Below, in pieces: positions 20,217-28,878 of a stretch of DNA of 60,484 bases. The notes beneath the pieces were generated by a model. The model was not told where the DNA came from and searched no databases. It saw nothing but the letters and a program-made list of their open reading frames with translations. The number at the start of each line of letters is the position of its first letter. Within the stretch, counting starts at the first letter, position 1. A program made the translations under genes and the position numbers. This DNA is from a virus (taxonomy: Duplodnaviria; Caudoviricetes), in IMG/VR virus record IMGVR_UViG_3300009120_000002, positions 1 through 60,484 of that record. One strand, written 5' to 3'.

Positions 20217-20612
20217 ATGGATGAGCTGAAAGAGATCAAGCAAGCTGCAGACCGGTTAGTGTGGATACTTCAACAAGCTGACCATACCGTGCAGGTCGAG
20301 GACAACGAGGAAGAGGGCACGATGGTTTCCACGGTCTCCGGTGCCATGGTCAACGTGATAATGGGAGAGCGCGAGGCTTTATCAATCCTTGGTAAAAAGG
20401 TTATCCCGTGCATTGTCTACGATCTGGGTTACATGAAGACCTATGGCGGCGGATATTGGGAGCCTGAAGATTACGAGTTTTACGCCACAGAAAGTACACC
20501 ATCGGTCTGGGATGCCGCCGAGTATTGCCTGCTGTTTTCTCGCCGGCGCGAGGTATCGTGCATCCTAGAAGCGATATCACACCAAGAGCGAATACCTGTA
20601 GAGGGGGTTTAA
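20217..20612 (+). CDS. Hypothetical acidic protein
   Basis: 131 aa, GGAGGTG SD. Confidence 0.7.
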   Translation: MDELKEIKQAADRLVWILQQADHTVQVEDNEEEGTMVSTVSGAMVNVIMGEREALSILGKKVIPCIVYDLGYMKTYGGGYWEPEDYEFYATESTPSVWDAAEYCLLFSRRREVSCILEAISHQERIPVEGV

Positions 20613-20704
20613 AACGATGGAAGGTTTGTTGATACTTGCCGGTGTCGCCGGCATTATTCTTGTTTACGCCACGATTGAGTGGCTCAACTCTTAGGAGGTT
20701 AACC

Positions 20705-21022
20705 ATGGAATACTCTATTAACATCTGGGCCTGCAAGCCCTTTACGGACGACCTGTGCATGACAGGTATCGACGTGGCCACCAAGGCCGAGGCCTTGGCT
20801 ATCTACAACGACCCCGAGACGCACTTCGCGGATTACTTCAGGGTGATGCACGACCCGGAGGTTTGGGTCGAGGTCGTTGGCCCAGATCTCGAGGAAGAGC
20901 GGTGCTTGTGGAAGCGAAAGGACAGCCGCCGCGATGATGATGCCGAGTGGCGCCGTGAGATCGCCATGGAGGCCGGGATGCTCCATGGGGTCGACGCATA
21001 CAACGAAGTGATGGGCTATTAA
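20705..21022 (+). CDS. Hypothetical acidic protein
   Basis: Start MEYSINIW with AGGAGGT SD; ends EAGMLHGVDAYNEVMGY. Confidence 0.7.
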   Translation: MEYSINIWACKPFTDDLCMTGIDVATKAEALAIYNDPETHFADYFRVMHDPEVWVEVVGPDLEEERCLWKRKDSRRDDDAEWRREIAMEAGMLHGVDAYNEVMGY

Positions 21023-21062
21023 CCAACCGCGAACAGGGATCATATCATTGAGGAGGAGTAAC

Positions 21063-21608
21063 ATGGGCTACCTAAAAGATTTAGGCACGGGCCTCGTCGA
21101 CCACATCGACGAGGCAACCGGACTGCCGATGGATGAATATGGACACTACCTCGACCCAACCGACCAGGATACCGGCGAACGGATAGAAAACATCCAGCCT
21201 GGCGACGAGCTGTATAACCTGACCTCGCCTTACGGACACCTTGAGTTCGCTATAGGTTCGGGTGATGACTTCTACTGCTTCGACTATCGGACTGTAAACA
21301 CAAAGCAGGGGGAGATGATAGTCCTGCACTCGGTTATCAACAGCGAGACTGGCGGTTTTATTCAGGACGGAGAATACTGGATAGTGCCACCCAAGGGTGC
21401 CATCAACATACTGGAGGGCATGGTTGACTCCGCCATTGAATGGTGTGGAGAAAACGAGATTCGCCACTCTAAAAGTGGCTGGAATCAAGACCCTTGGTAT
21501 GTGTTCAGGGCGTTGGCAACTGACCTGCACAAAGCGCCATTCAAGGTTTCGCAGCGCATGTGCCGATACGGGACCAAACGGCTTGATGCTTGGATCGACA
21601 CTCTGTAA
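21063..21608 (+). CDS. Hypothetical acidic protein
   Basis: Start MGYLKDL with GAGGAG SD. Confidence 0.7.
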   Translation: MGYLKDLGTGLVDHIDEATGLPMDEYGHYLDPTDQDTGERIENIQPGDELYNLTSPYGHLEFAIGSGDDFYCFDYRTVNTKQGEMIVLHSVINSETGGFIQDGEYWIVPPKGAINILEGMVDSAIEWCGENEIRHSKSGWNQDPWYVFRALATDLHKAPFKVSQRMCRYGTKRLDAWIDTL

Positions 21609-21688
21609 CCCCCCCACCTCGGCAAGTGAATAAACTGCCGACTAACTATCCCCACTTAAAGCGCCCAAGTCGCAAGAAGGAGACCAAC

Positions 21689-22609
21689 ATGAAGACCATC
21701 AAGACCGCAATCGCTAACCGTATCGTCAACTCGGCTCAAAACCTCGGGTCGTCCGCCGAAACCGTCAAGGGTGCTCATCGATATATCATGCAGCACCAAA
21801 AACACCCTCTTTCCGCTAGGCTCACAACGAAACGCGAGTCTGAATGGAAAAGATCAGCTTGGGATGGAGATAAGAAGCGTCTCGCCAAACGGACGGCTAA
21901 GATTCCTCTCGGTCCCGCCAGTGCTGAGTATGTAGCGAAATCGGAGCGAAAGAGCCACCCTAACAGGAAGAACTGGAATGCTCCAAAGTCTAGTCTCCGC
22001 GAGGACAGATACACCTGGACGCGGGATGACAACATGGGCCGGTACTCTAGCCGATGTACATACGTCCGCTGGGAGTACACTCCCATGGTGACCTGTTATG
22101 GTATCGACCGTGGCAAACTCGGCCTGGAGTTTCATTGGATGGCTACTGTTTCCATGCTCCAGCCCCCAAAGGGATATAGGTGGGATCGCGACCGCAACGG
22201 TATGCGGCTAGTGTCGCTAACCATTGCAGATAAAGATTATCACCCGAACAGCGACGACCTCCGCGACTACAGCAAGCGTGCAATTTTGGCCGTTATCAAC
22301 GAGCGATACGCAGCCAGACAAAATGCCAAGAGAGCCGCTGTTGCTGATGCCAAGGCTGTACGCAAGGCCGAAAAAGAGGGTGCCATGATCTGCCTTCGCG
22401 ACTCGCTGAAGGCTGGTAATTGCGAGGCCGGCACCCGTGCTTTCGCTGGTCGCCACGGGCTCGATCCTCGTCGGCATTACAGCCCCACCGAACTGCTGAA
22501 AATCGCCAATGGTGATTCTCACCGTGTTAGGCTGGCGGTAGCTGTTGGGTTGAGGCGACACCGGCAGGAGATGGGTCGTGGCTATGCCCTACTCGCAGAT
22601 CATAAATGA
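21689..22609 (+). CDS. Hypothetical basic protein
   Basis: Start MKTIKTAI with AAGGAG SD; Arg/Lys-rich; C-terminal AGNCEAGTRAF. Confidence 0.7.
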   Translation: MKTIKTAIANRIVNSAQNLGSSAETVKGAHRYIMQHQKHPLSARLTTKRESEWKRSAWDGDKKRLAKRTAKIPLGPASAEYVAKSERKSHPNRKNWNAPKSSLREDRYTWTRDDNMGRYSSRCTYVRWEYTPMVTCYGIDRGKLGLEFHWMATVSMLQPPKGYRWDRDRNGMRLVSLTIADKDYHPNSDDLRDYSKRAILAVINERYAARQNAKRAAVADAKAVRKAEKEGAMICLRDSLKAGNCEAGTRAFAGRHGLDPRRHYSPTELLKIANGDSHRVRLAVAVGLRRHRQEMGRGYALLADHK

Positions 22610-22653
22610 GCACGCCCACCGAGGGCGCCATAACCAATAAAAGGAGAAACACC

Positions 22654-22848
22654 ATGCCAGGATGCGGAAAGCGAATCGAACAATGGGTGCCGACCAAGTA
22701 CAGCGGCAAAATGGTCCCCGCAGTGTGTGGCCAGACCGGGATCTACGGGGATCCCATCTTCTGCGACAAATGCGAGCCCTTGTATGAGGACAGGGACTGG
22801 AGAAGGGAGGCCGAGGAGAACGGTGAGCAATGGGATGAGGACTATTGA
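22654..22848 (+). CDS. Small Cys-containing acidic protein
   Basis: AAGGAG SD; four Cys including CDKC; acidic tail. Confidence 0.65.
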   Translation: MPGCGKRIEQWVPTKYSGKMVPAVCGQTGIYGDPIFCDKCEPLYEDRDWRREAEENGEQWDEDY

Positions 22849-22856
22849 TGTGATTT

Positions 22857-23057
22857 ATGGATGAGCTGACGAAAAAAAACACCCACGGAGGCCCTAACCG
22901 GGGCCAGGGGCGAAAAACGATCGGTATTGATCGGGGCGGGGTAATTCCCGTCCCGGTTAGCCTCTTTCGCGACCAGGTCGAGTGGCTTAGTCGCAAGAAG
23001 AATAAAAGTGCCGCCATCAGGGATCTGATCGACGCGGCGATGGAGATAGAGCCATGA
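22857..23057 (+). CDS. Probable ribbon-helix-helix DNA-binding regulator
   Basis: HGGPNRGQGRK arm, then strand VPVSL and helices DQVEWL / NKSAAIRDLID. Confidence 0.65.
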   Translation: MDELTKKNTHGGPNRGQGRKTIGIDRGGVIPVPVSLFRDQVEWLSRKKNKSAAIRDLIDAAMEIEP

Positions 23058-23311
23058 GAGGTAAAAGCTGGGTTTTGACCTATGACCACCTGGATCAAAA
23101 GAAAATGCAGGATCCAGGGCCTGATCACGTTCACCCGTTCAGGCTCCTAGACGATGACGGGGAGCTGTACTTCAGCGGCGCCATGACCGACCGCCTTTAC
23201 AACAGCGCCGGCGAAGGTATCTTTGAACCGCTTGATTATGCAATGGGCGCCTGGGGCTGCACCGAGCTGCAGGTTGTAAACCCGAGCACGGGTAACTATG
23301 AGACCATATGA
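23054..23311 (+). CDS. Hypothetical protein
   Basis: 85 aa with FRLLDDDGELYFSG and PLDYAM..WGCTE; ATGA-coupled. Confidence 0.7.
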   Translation: MRGKSWVLTYDHLDQKKMQDPGPDHVHPFRLLDDDGELYFSGAMTDRLYNSAGEGIFEPLDYAMGAWGCTELQVVNPSTGNYETI

Positions 23312-23324
23312 GGGGGGGGGCGAC

Positions 23325-23516
23325 ATGATCGGACCTTGTGCAACATGCACGCATTGCCTCCCTCACCGTGCGTTGGTGAGGGAGTTAAAATTGTACGGCA
23401 TATCGTTGTGCGCCCATCCTGGCAATTACGACCATATATTCCGCATCAGCCGTAAGGGTGGTTGCGGGCGGCAGGAGCCTATTTACGCCAAAGGTGGCAT
23501 CCAGGTGGGTGATTAA
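23325..23516 (+). CDS. Small Cys-rich protein
   Basis: CATCTHC motif; G-rich SD. Confidence 0.45.
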   Translation: MIGPCATCTHCLPHRALVRELKLYGISLCAHPGNYDHIFRISRKGGCGRQEPIYAKGGIQVGD

Positions 23517-23602
23517 AAAAATCGGGCAGGGTCAAAAAAGTTATGATCCTGCCCGTAAGAGTAGACAAACAAAATGCCGGTCAACCCGGCGAGGAGGTTG
23601 TT

Positions 23603-23788
23603 ATGACTGACCAGATCGAAACAAGACCTTTTGAGACGCAGCCTTGCGGTTGCCGGCGTTTTCCCTCTTTCACCGAGGGGAGATGGACCGACAATTTCGG
23701 TGATGGTCCGCGCACCTGGCAGACCGGAACCCATTTTCAACCGTGGACCGACACGTCAGAGTGTCGGGATGGACATGAGGAGGATTAA
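23603..23788 (+). CDS. Small hypothetical protein
   Basis: GAGGAGGT SD before MTDQIETR. Confidence 0.45.
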   Translation: MTDQIETRPFETQPCGCRRFPSFTEGRWTDNFGDGPRTWQTGTHFQPWTDTSECRDGHEED

Positions 23789-24015
23789 CCATGAACGAAA
23801 ACACCTGCCAACATTGTGGCCGAAGTCTCCGCGACGGGGAAACCTGTCGCTGGAGCGATTGTCCTCAAAACCGTTTTACGTGCCGGGAGTGCGGTCATAC
23901 CGGCTCTTGGCACGACCAACCCCCACTGTGCCACTGTGGATCGAGTGGCCCACACGCCGAGGACTAACCCACAGCAGCACCGCAGGGGATATGTCTGTAC
24001 CCTGCGGTGCTCCAG

Positions 24016-24043
24016 CCGGACCTTCACGGGTCCGGCTTTTTTT
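24016..24043 (+). terminator. Intrinsic terminator closing the plus-strand cluster
   Basis: AGCCGGACC-loop-GGTCCGGCT followed by a T tract. Confidence 0.7.
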
Positions 24044-24245
24044 GTTTGTTCCCTCCTGCAGGTTCCACCACAATCTCGTCCCCAACAGTCAAACTCCTCA
24101 CTCCTCCTGCCAATAAGCTCACCTTGATAATCACCACCCCGGTGGATCCTTCCCTCACTGCCCTTAGCAGCTTGTCCCTGGCCATCTGTAGGGAGGCGTC
24201 GATTGTGGCGGTGTTGCGTCCTAACCTTCTTTCAAGTGTCATCAC
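24024..24245 (-). CDS. Small YezD/DUF2292-like protein, candidate late regulator
   Basis: One helix then GSTGVVIIKVSLLAGGVRSL beta hairpin; last gene of the replication operon (the position of lambda Q). Family call is from pattern only. Confidence 0.4.
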   Translation of the reverse strand: MMTLERRLGRNTATIDASLQMARDKLLRAVREGSTGVVIIKVSLLAGGVRSLTVGDEIVVEPAGGNKQKKPDP

Positions 24246-24697
24246 GTCCCCGTTCCCGGCCCCGTCAGTGTTTCAAAATGCCCTATATGGGCCAGCCTGG
24301 TGCACTCCTTTTCTGCCTCGTCCCATGTCAACTGGCCAGCAAGAGCCGCGGTGATCACTCCGATTCGCTCTTTGTTCCTGGCGATCTCCTCGGGCGTGAG
24401 ATCATGCCGGCTCGTTGTGTCCTCGATCTGCATCTCGTTCACTGGTGGTTTTGGTGGCGACTCCCGATACCTTTCAACCCCTGCCAGCACGTCTGCCAGT
24501 TTTGGGAAAAACCGGCAGTTCTTGACCGCGTGCCGTATGCCTGCCGAGAATTGTTTCTGGGTAACTCCTTCCTCTGACAATAGGTCGTGCCAGTCAAACG
24601 CCAATTTTCCGATGGACGTGGCGTTGTGGCCTGCTTCCGGATAGTGGTTGAGCAGCTTGGCCAAGGCGAGTTGGACATCCGTTATTTGCAGCTTCAT
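24242..24697 (-). CDS. Putative replicative helicase loader/inhibitor
   Basis: Follows the initiator; WHDLL...HAVKNCRFFPKLADV pattern; GGAG SD. Confidence 0.55.
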   Translation of the reverse strand: MKLQITDVQLALAKLLNHYPEAGHNATSIGKLAFDWHDLLSEEGVTQKQFSAGIRHAVKNCRFFPKLADVLAGVERYRESPPKPPVNEMQIEDTTSRHDLTPEEIARNKERIGVITAALAGQLTWDEAEKECTRLAHIGHFETLTGPGTGT

Positions 24698-25370
24698 CGA
24701 TGTTCTCCAAGAGGTTGCCCACATCTTCCATGTACTGCTGACGGGGGGATATTTTGGTTGCTGTGCCGTTTTTCTTGCTATGCACCCTGGACCTCTTCTC
24801 CCAGGTGATCATGGCCGACTGCCAGTTCTTCATTTTCGTTCGCCCGACCATCCATCCGTTGGCTGTGTAATGAGCAACGAAGTGCTCCGGGTCTATTCCG
24901 TTGGCTCTTTGCTCGCAATACCCTTTGACCTCCTCAATGGTTGGAGGTGTGAAATTGCACAGAGTAGTTGTAGTATTCTTCTCTTCTTTAATTCTTCTCT
25001 TCTTTAATTGTTGTTGTTCGTTTGTTATCCGTTTGTTATCCGTTTGTTGCTCAGTGGTTTTTGGCCCCTGATATCCCGAGTAATTATTAATAGTTATGAC
25101 GGAAAATTTGTTTGTTGATTTTATCGAGATTTCGCCAGTTGCCCTGAGCTTGTTTATTGCCGTCCTGACCTGCTGGACGGACAACCCTGTTTGCTGCGCA
25201 AGAGAGAACAAACCAGTGGCCGTTGACCCCTTTGGGATCACTTGCCCCATGAATTTTCCCTCCTCGATGTTAGCGGTCAGCAGCAGGTGAATGAACAAAA
25301 CTTTACAGGGCATGTCTGTGTACCATTCCCATTCGGTTATTTTGCGGTGCAGCTTCACCCAACCAGACAT
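24594..25370 (-). CDS. Phage replication initiator
   Basis: GWVKLHRKI.EWEWY N-terminus, HTH (SLAQQTGLSVQQVRTAINKL), C-terminal FTPPT.EEV...F..HY.ANGW.VG..KMKNW. Confidence 0.8.
   Translation of the reverse strand: MSGWVKLHRKITEWEWYTDMPCKVLFIHLLLTANIEEGKFMGQVIPKGSTATGLFSLAQQTGLSVQQVRTAINKLRATGEISIKSTNKFSVITINNYSGYQGPKTTEQQTDNKRITNEQQQLKKRRIKEEKNTTTTLCNFTPPTIEEVKGYCEQRANGIDPEHFVAHYTANGWMVGRTKMKNWQSAMITWEKRSRVHSKKNGTATKISPRQQYMEDVGNLLENIDEAANNGCPTRLGQAAQPLSGSRPQRHVHRKIGV
25006..25052. repeat. Iteron-like repeats, probable replication origin inside the initiator gene
   Basis: TTTGTTATCCG twice in tandem plus TTGTT variants next to an AT-rich tract. Confidence 0.6.
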
Positions 25371-25381
25371 ACCGTCGCGCC

Positions 25382-25606
25382 TCAAAACAGCTTTAACTGT
25401 TGTGTGTTATTAGTTGACTCTTCGTTGTTTGCCTTGGTTTTCACCTGGCCAGGAACCAGTTCGGAAAGTAGCCTGCGGTTCGGCCGGCATCCCTCTGTGC
25501 ATCCGTCACAGGTCTGCGCGTCAAACATACTGATACACCACTCTTTGGCGCGGTGGTCCTCGACCGGTTGGTTGAGCGCTCTGGCTGATCTTGGGCAGAG
25601 TTTCAC
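25382..25606 (-). CDS. Small Cys-rich hypothetical protein
   Basis: 74 aa with CDGC; coupled to neighbours. Confidence 0.5.
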   Translation of the reverse strand: MKLCPRSARALNQPVEDHRAKEWCISMFDAQTCDGCTEGCRPNRRLLSELVPGQVKTKANNEESTNNTQQLKLF

Positions 25607-25962
25607 GCGTCCACCATCGATTCGATTTCAGAAAAATGGACCCAGAAACTATCCCCCCTGTGTTTGACTCGTCCGTCCGGGTAGTCTGCGCCCTGCAGGT
25701 GCACCAATTCGCCCAATGAACCAAGCAGGCGATACCATGGCCAGTCGTGTCGAGGGTTCTTCCAGGTGATGCACACTCGCTGCGGTTGCTCCATGGTGAA
25801 GATAGGTTTACTCTCCCCCATCGCCTCGACATAGGCGGCGCGCTTTCTGTAGTACCCTGCCGCTCTTTTCCTGTGATCTTGCTCAAAAAGCATAGCAGCC
25901 TCCCGCAACCACTCCGCGATCTGTCCGTGTGTTGGTTCGTTCATTATCTCACCCCTCCACAC
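25603..25962 (-). CDS. Hypothetical protein
   Basis: About 113-119 aa; GGAGGGGTG SD before an internal ATG. Confidence 0.55.
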   Translation of the reverse strand: MWRGEIMNEPTHGQIAEWLREAAMLFEQDHRKRAAGYYRKRAAYVEAMGESKPIFTMEQPQRVCITWKNPRHDWPWYRLLGSLGELVHLQGADYPDGRVKHRGDSFWVHFSEIESMVDA

Positions 25963-26662
25963 TCACCGGGATGCCGGTGGCCTCTTGAACCATCTTTTTG
26001 AATAAATCTGCGTTGCTGTTTCCATCGCTCAGGTGAAGCAAGTGTACCTGTCGGCACCTGCTCATGTCCTGGGCCTTGCAGAAATCAATCACCCGCTCAA
26101 TACTCATGTGTTTTTCCCGGACCCTCTTGGCCCGGGCCGGTTCAATGCGGCCGGCCTCGACATTGGCCGAGAGGATCGCCTCGGAATAGTTGGCCTCGAT
26201 CATGAGCACGTTGATCCGGTGAAACCTGTATTTGCAGTAGGCGGTGTCAGTCAGGAAAACCAACGAGTCACCGTCATCGTCGCATATCTCGAACCCAAGA
26301 GAGCCTTCGGCGTCATGCACGGTGTCAAATCCCCTGACGTTCCAGTGGTCGGCGATATTCCAGTGCATCAGGGAGTGATTAACCTGGACAGCACGGTGAT
26401 GATCGCTTGCCGCGAAGTATTCCAGTGTTTCCGGAGAGGCATAAACATGAATACCGCTCTTCAGCAGATCGGTTAGCGCCCGGGCATGGTCCCCGTGGTA
26501 ATGGCTCACCAGGCAGGCGTCCAGGCCGCTGGTTTGGAAGTGCAACCGGCGCCTGATCTCTTTCCAGGGTATGCCGCACTCAAGGAGAAGGGACCGCCCC
26601 CCCGATAGGAGGCGGTAGCAGTTGCCTTTTGATGATGAACTCAGGGTTTCAACAGTGATCAT
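25949..26662 (-). CDS. MBL-fold metallo-hydrolase
   Basis: SSSKGNCY, SHYHGDH, HDA, TDT, IEANY, HMS and LLHLSDGN motifs. Confidence 0.9.
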   Translation of the reverse strand: MITVETLSSSSKGNCYRLLSGGRSLLLECGIPWKEIRRRLHFQTSGLDACLVSHYHGDHARALTDLLKSGIHVYASPETLEYFAASDHHRAVQVNHSLMHWNIADHWNVRGFDTVHDAEGSLGFEICDDDGDSLVFLTDTAYCKYRFHRINVLMIEANYSEAILSANVEAGRIEPARAKRVREKHMSIERVIDFCKAQDMSRCRQVHLLHLSDGNSNADLFKKMVQEATGIPVSVEG

Positions 26663-26934
26663 GTTGTTTTTCCTGGCGCCGGAGGAACGATATTTTGTTC
26701 TTCGGCTGTACCGATCTCAAGTTTTGGCCTGTCCGGTGCCTGTATAAAGTCGATATGTGGTGTCGTCCCAATCAGCTTGGCGTACTCGATCTCCATTTTT
26801 ACGGTCGTGAGGATCTTTCCGGTCGCGTTGACGATCGCGTTCACATTTGCAGCGGTGGTTTTTCCAGAGCGGATCTTCTCGATCTCTTCTGCCAAAATAA
26901 CACGTAGGTCGTTCACAGTTTTGATTGCTTCCAT
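26659..26934 (-). CDS. Hypothetical helical protein
   Basis: 91 aa, GGAG SD. Confidence 0.65.
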   Translation of the reverse strand: MEAIKTVNDLRVILAEEIEKIRSGKTTAANVNAIVNATGKILTTVKMEIEYAKLIGTTPHIDFIQAPDRPKLEIGTAEEQNIVPPAPGKTT

Positions 26935-27431
26935 TTATTAATCTCCCTTTTTATTTGCAGAATTAATCGTTTAACCTCTATAAGTTCAGGAGGTATGTTT
27001 TTACTGTTTCCCCCCATTGTGTATGCAACATACCAAGTGGACAAATTGTCTCTATAAGCCTGCGCTCGTTCTAGTATTCGATCTTTATTCCTTTCCTTGG
27101 CAGCTCTTTCCTTAGCTCGCGACGAAAAAACATCTGTCCCCCTGGCCTCGCGTCTTTTTTTATTTATGTGTTCAGCGTTTTTTCTTTTATAGTCCAGACG
27201 TTTCTCCCTGTGTTTCTCGCGGTCTTTTTCAATGAGAAGACGATTTTTCAAGTTTATTGCATCTCTGTTGTTCTTTCTGTATATCCGTCTTGATTCTAAA
27301 ACTTCTTCTTTGTGGTTACAGACATACTTGCGTTTACTTTCCGCATGACACATTTTGCAACGTCCATATGGTAAGTAAAAAGATTCAGCTCCAAATATAA
27401 AATGGCCATTTTTACAGAGCGGAAGGCCCAT
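26913..27431 (-). CDS. Basic Zn-finger/helical protein (paralog A)
   Basis: CKNGH and CKMC; Lys/Arg-rich helix; ELIEVKRLILQIKR tail; AT-rich. Confidence 0.65.
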   Translation of the reverse strand: MGLPLCKNGHFIFGAESFYLPYGRCKMCHAESKRKYVCNHKEEVLESRRIYRKNNRDAINLKNRLLIEKDREKHREKRLDYKRKNAEHINKKRREARGTDVFSSRAKERAAKERNKDRILERAQAYRDNLSTWYVAYTMGGNSKNIPPELIEVKRLILQIKREINKWKQSKL

Positions 27432-27753
27432 GTTTCACGCCCCTTTTTAATTTTATTTGCAACCTTTTTAAGTCAGCCAGGGTTTCATCACAATCGTCCT
27501 TTTTAATGCACAGCAGTTTCCGAATATAGTTATCGGAAAGATCCTCGCGCGCCTTTTTGTCGTACTTGTTTATTATCTCTCTCCTTTTTTCTGTATTCGA
27601 CAATGCCCATTTTCTAGCATTGTTAATACACCTCTCTTTGTTGGCATAGTAATAGGTTCTCACTTGTTCTCTGTGGCAAGCCTTGCACCGTCCTTTTTTA
27701 TCGAAAGAAACAGAAGTGATCAGGTGCCCATTCTTGCAAAACGCCAGTCCCAT
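27412..27753 (-). CDS. Basic Zn-finger/helical protein (paralog B)
   Basis: CKNGH and CKAC; LADLKRLQIKLKR tail; GAGGTG SD. Confidence 0.65.
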   Translation of the reverse strand: MGLAFCKNGHLITSVSFDKKGRCKACHREQVRTYYYANKERCINNARKWALSNTEKRREIINKYDKKAREDLSDNYIRKLLCIKKDDCDETLADLKRLQIKLKRGVKHGPSAL

Positions 27754-27860
27754 ACTTCACCTCGTCACATAAAACCCCAGCCCACCACTGACGCGGCGCC
27801 GAACGCCACATCCCGGTGAGTTTGTACCGCGACAAGCAGCGGGCCAGGGGAGTTCTTGAT

Positions 27861-28721
27861 TTAGGCTACAGCGAATGGAGGTGCGTTTTCTGCGGGTGGT
27901 GGTTTGTAGTCAGGTCCGGATTCAATCACCTCGCCGGTCTGCTCGTCGATGGTCTCGCCGTTACCGTTACCGGTCGGTGGTGGCTGGATCAGGCCGAGTG
28001 GCGTGCTGTTGGCCTGCGCCCGGTATTCCTCGTCGAAATCGTTTTCGGCCTGCATGCCATCGGCCATATCAACGGTCATAAGCCCGTACTTGCTCAACAG
28101 TCTCCTGAGCATGGTCTTGATCGCCATCTGGTCGAACTCGGTCTGCCATGGCGAGCTATCGCGGCTGTATGCCTTGCTGTACTTCTGGGCATGCTTCTCC
28201 ATGTCGTCGCGGGTGCAGAACACTGACTTCTTGAACCCGTTTACGCTCTCGATGTAGGCGAAATAGCCGATGACGATGTCGCTCTTTTTCTCGCCGTCCA
28301 AGTCAAGGTTGCCGGTCAATTTTGAATAGCCTCGATACTCCCCCTCATAAACCACGTCGGCATTGAGGTATTTGTAGATCCCAGATCGCATGGCAAGCTG
28401 GATCATGCCGCGGTAGCCAAGTTGAAACTGCGGTATCTGCTTGCCTTGTTTCTTGTACGGGACAATGTAGGCAAACCCGAGAGACTTATTGATCGGCAGT
28501 TTGAGCGTAGCGGCCTTCAGCGCCTCGGCCACTACCATGGCAGGTTCGCACTGCTGCAGGTAGGTGTCGCTGGCGTACAGGTCAATCAGTGAAGCCACGA
28601 ACAGGTTACTATTCTTGTCCAGGGCGTTCTGGAATTGTTGCTGGACCGATGGTGATGCCATTACCTGTTTCAGTCGGTCCACGGGACGGGTTGCTATCTG
28701 GGTGTTGGTATTCTCAGTCAT
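27861..28721 (-). CDS. recT: RecT-family single-strand annealing protein
   Basis: LGFAYIVPY, QFQLGYRG.IQLA.RSG and W.T.FD.MA.KT motifs; start MTENTN. Confidence 0.9.
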   Translation of the reverse strand: MTENTNTQIATRPVDRLKQVMASPSVQQQFQNALDKNSNLFVASLIDLYASDTYLQQCEPAMVVAEALKAATLKLPINKSLGFAYIVPYKKQGKQIPQFQLGYRGMIQLAMRSGIYKYLNADVVYEGEYRGYSKLTGNLDLDGEKKSDIVIGYFAYIESVNGFKKSVFCTRDDMEKHAQKYSKAYSRDSSPWQTEFDQMAIKTMLRRLLSKYGLMTVDMADGMQAENDFDEEYRAQANSTPLGLIQPPPTGNGNGETIDEQTGEVIESGPDYKPPPAENAPPFAVA

Positions 28722-28767
28722 TGTAATCCCTCTCGGTATTGATAAAATTTTTGGGTGTTTTTTTAAT

Positions 28768-28840
28768 TGCTCGCCGGCGGGACTCAAACCCGCATCTCCC
28801 CGCTTTGCAGCAGGGGTGCTCTCAGTTACACCACGGCGAA
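28768..28840 (-). tRNA. Degenerate tRNA-like element (Cys GCA-like, probably pseudo)
   Basis: Cloverleaf TTCGCCG/CGGCGAG, D arm GTGT/GCAC, T arm GCGGG-TTTGAGT-CCCGC. The anticodon loop is only 6 nt (TGCAAA) and the T loop has TTT rather than TTC. Confidence 0.5.
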
Positions 28841-28878
28841 CAAACCGTTTATTCGTACGAACAAACCGTTTATTCGTA
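28837..28878. repeat. Exact 21-bp tandem duplication
   Basis: CGAACAAACCGTTTATTCGTA twice. Confidence 0.95.

Noticed and set aside
27775-27852. Structured intergenic RNA after recT (also hairpins at 33360-33420)
   Set aside because: A closing stem is present but I recognise no known family and see no second copy; too weak to call.
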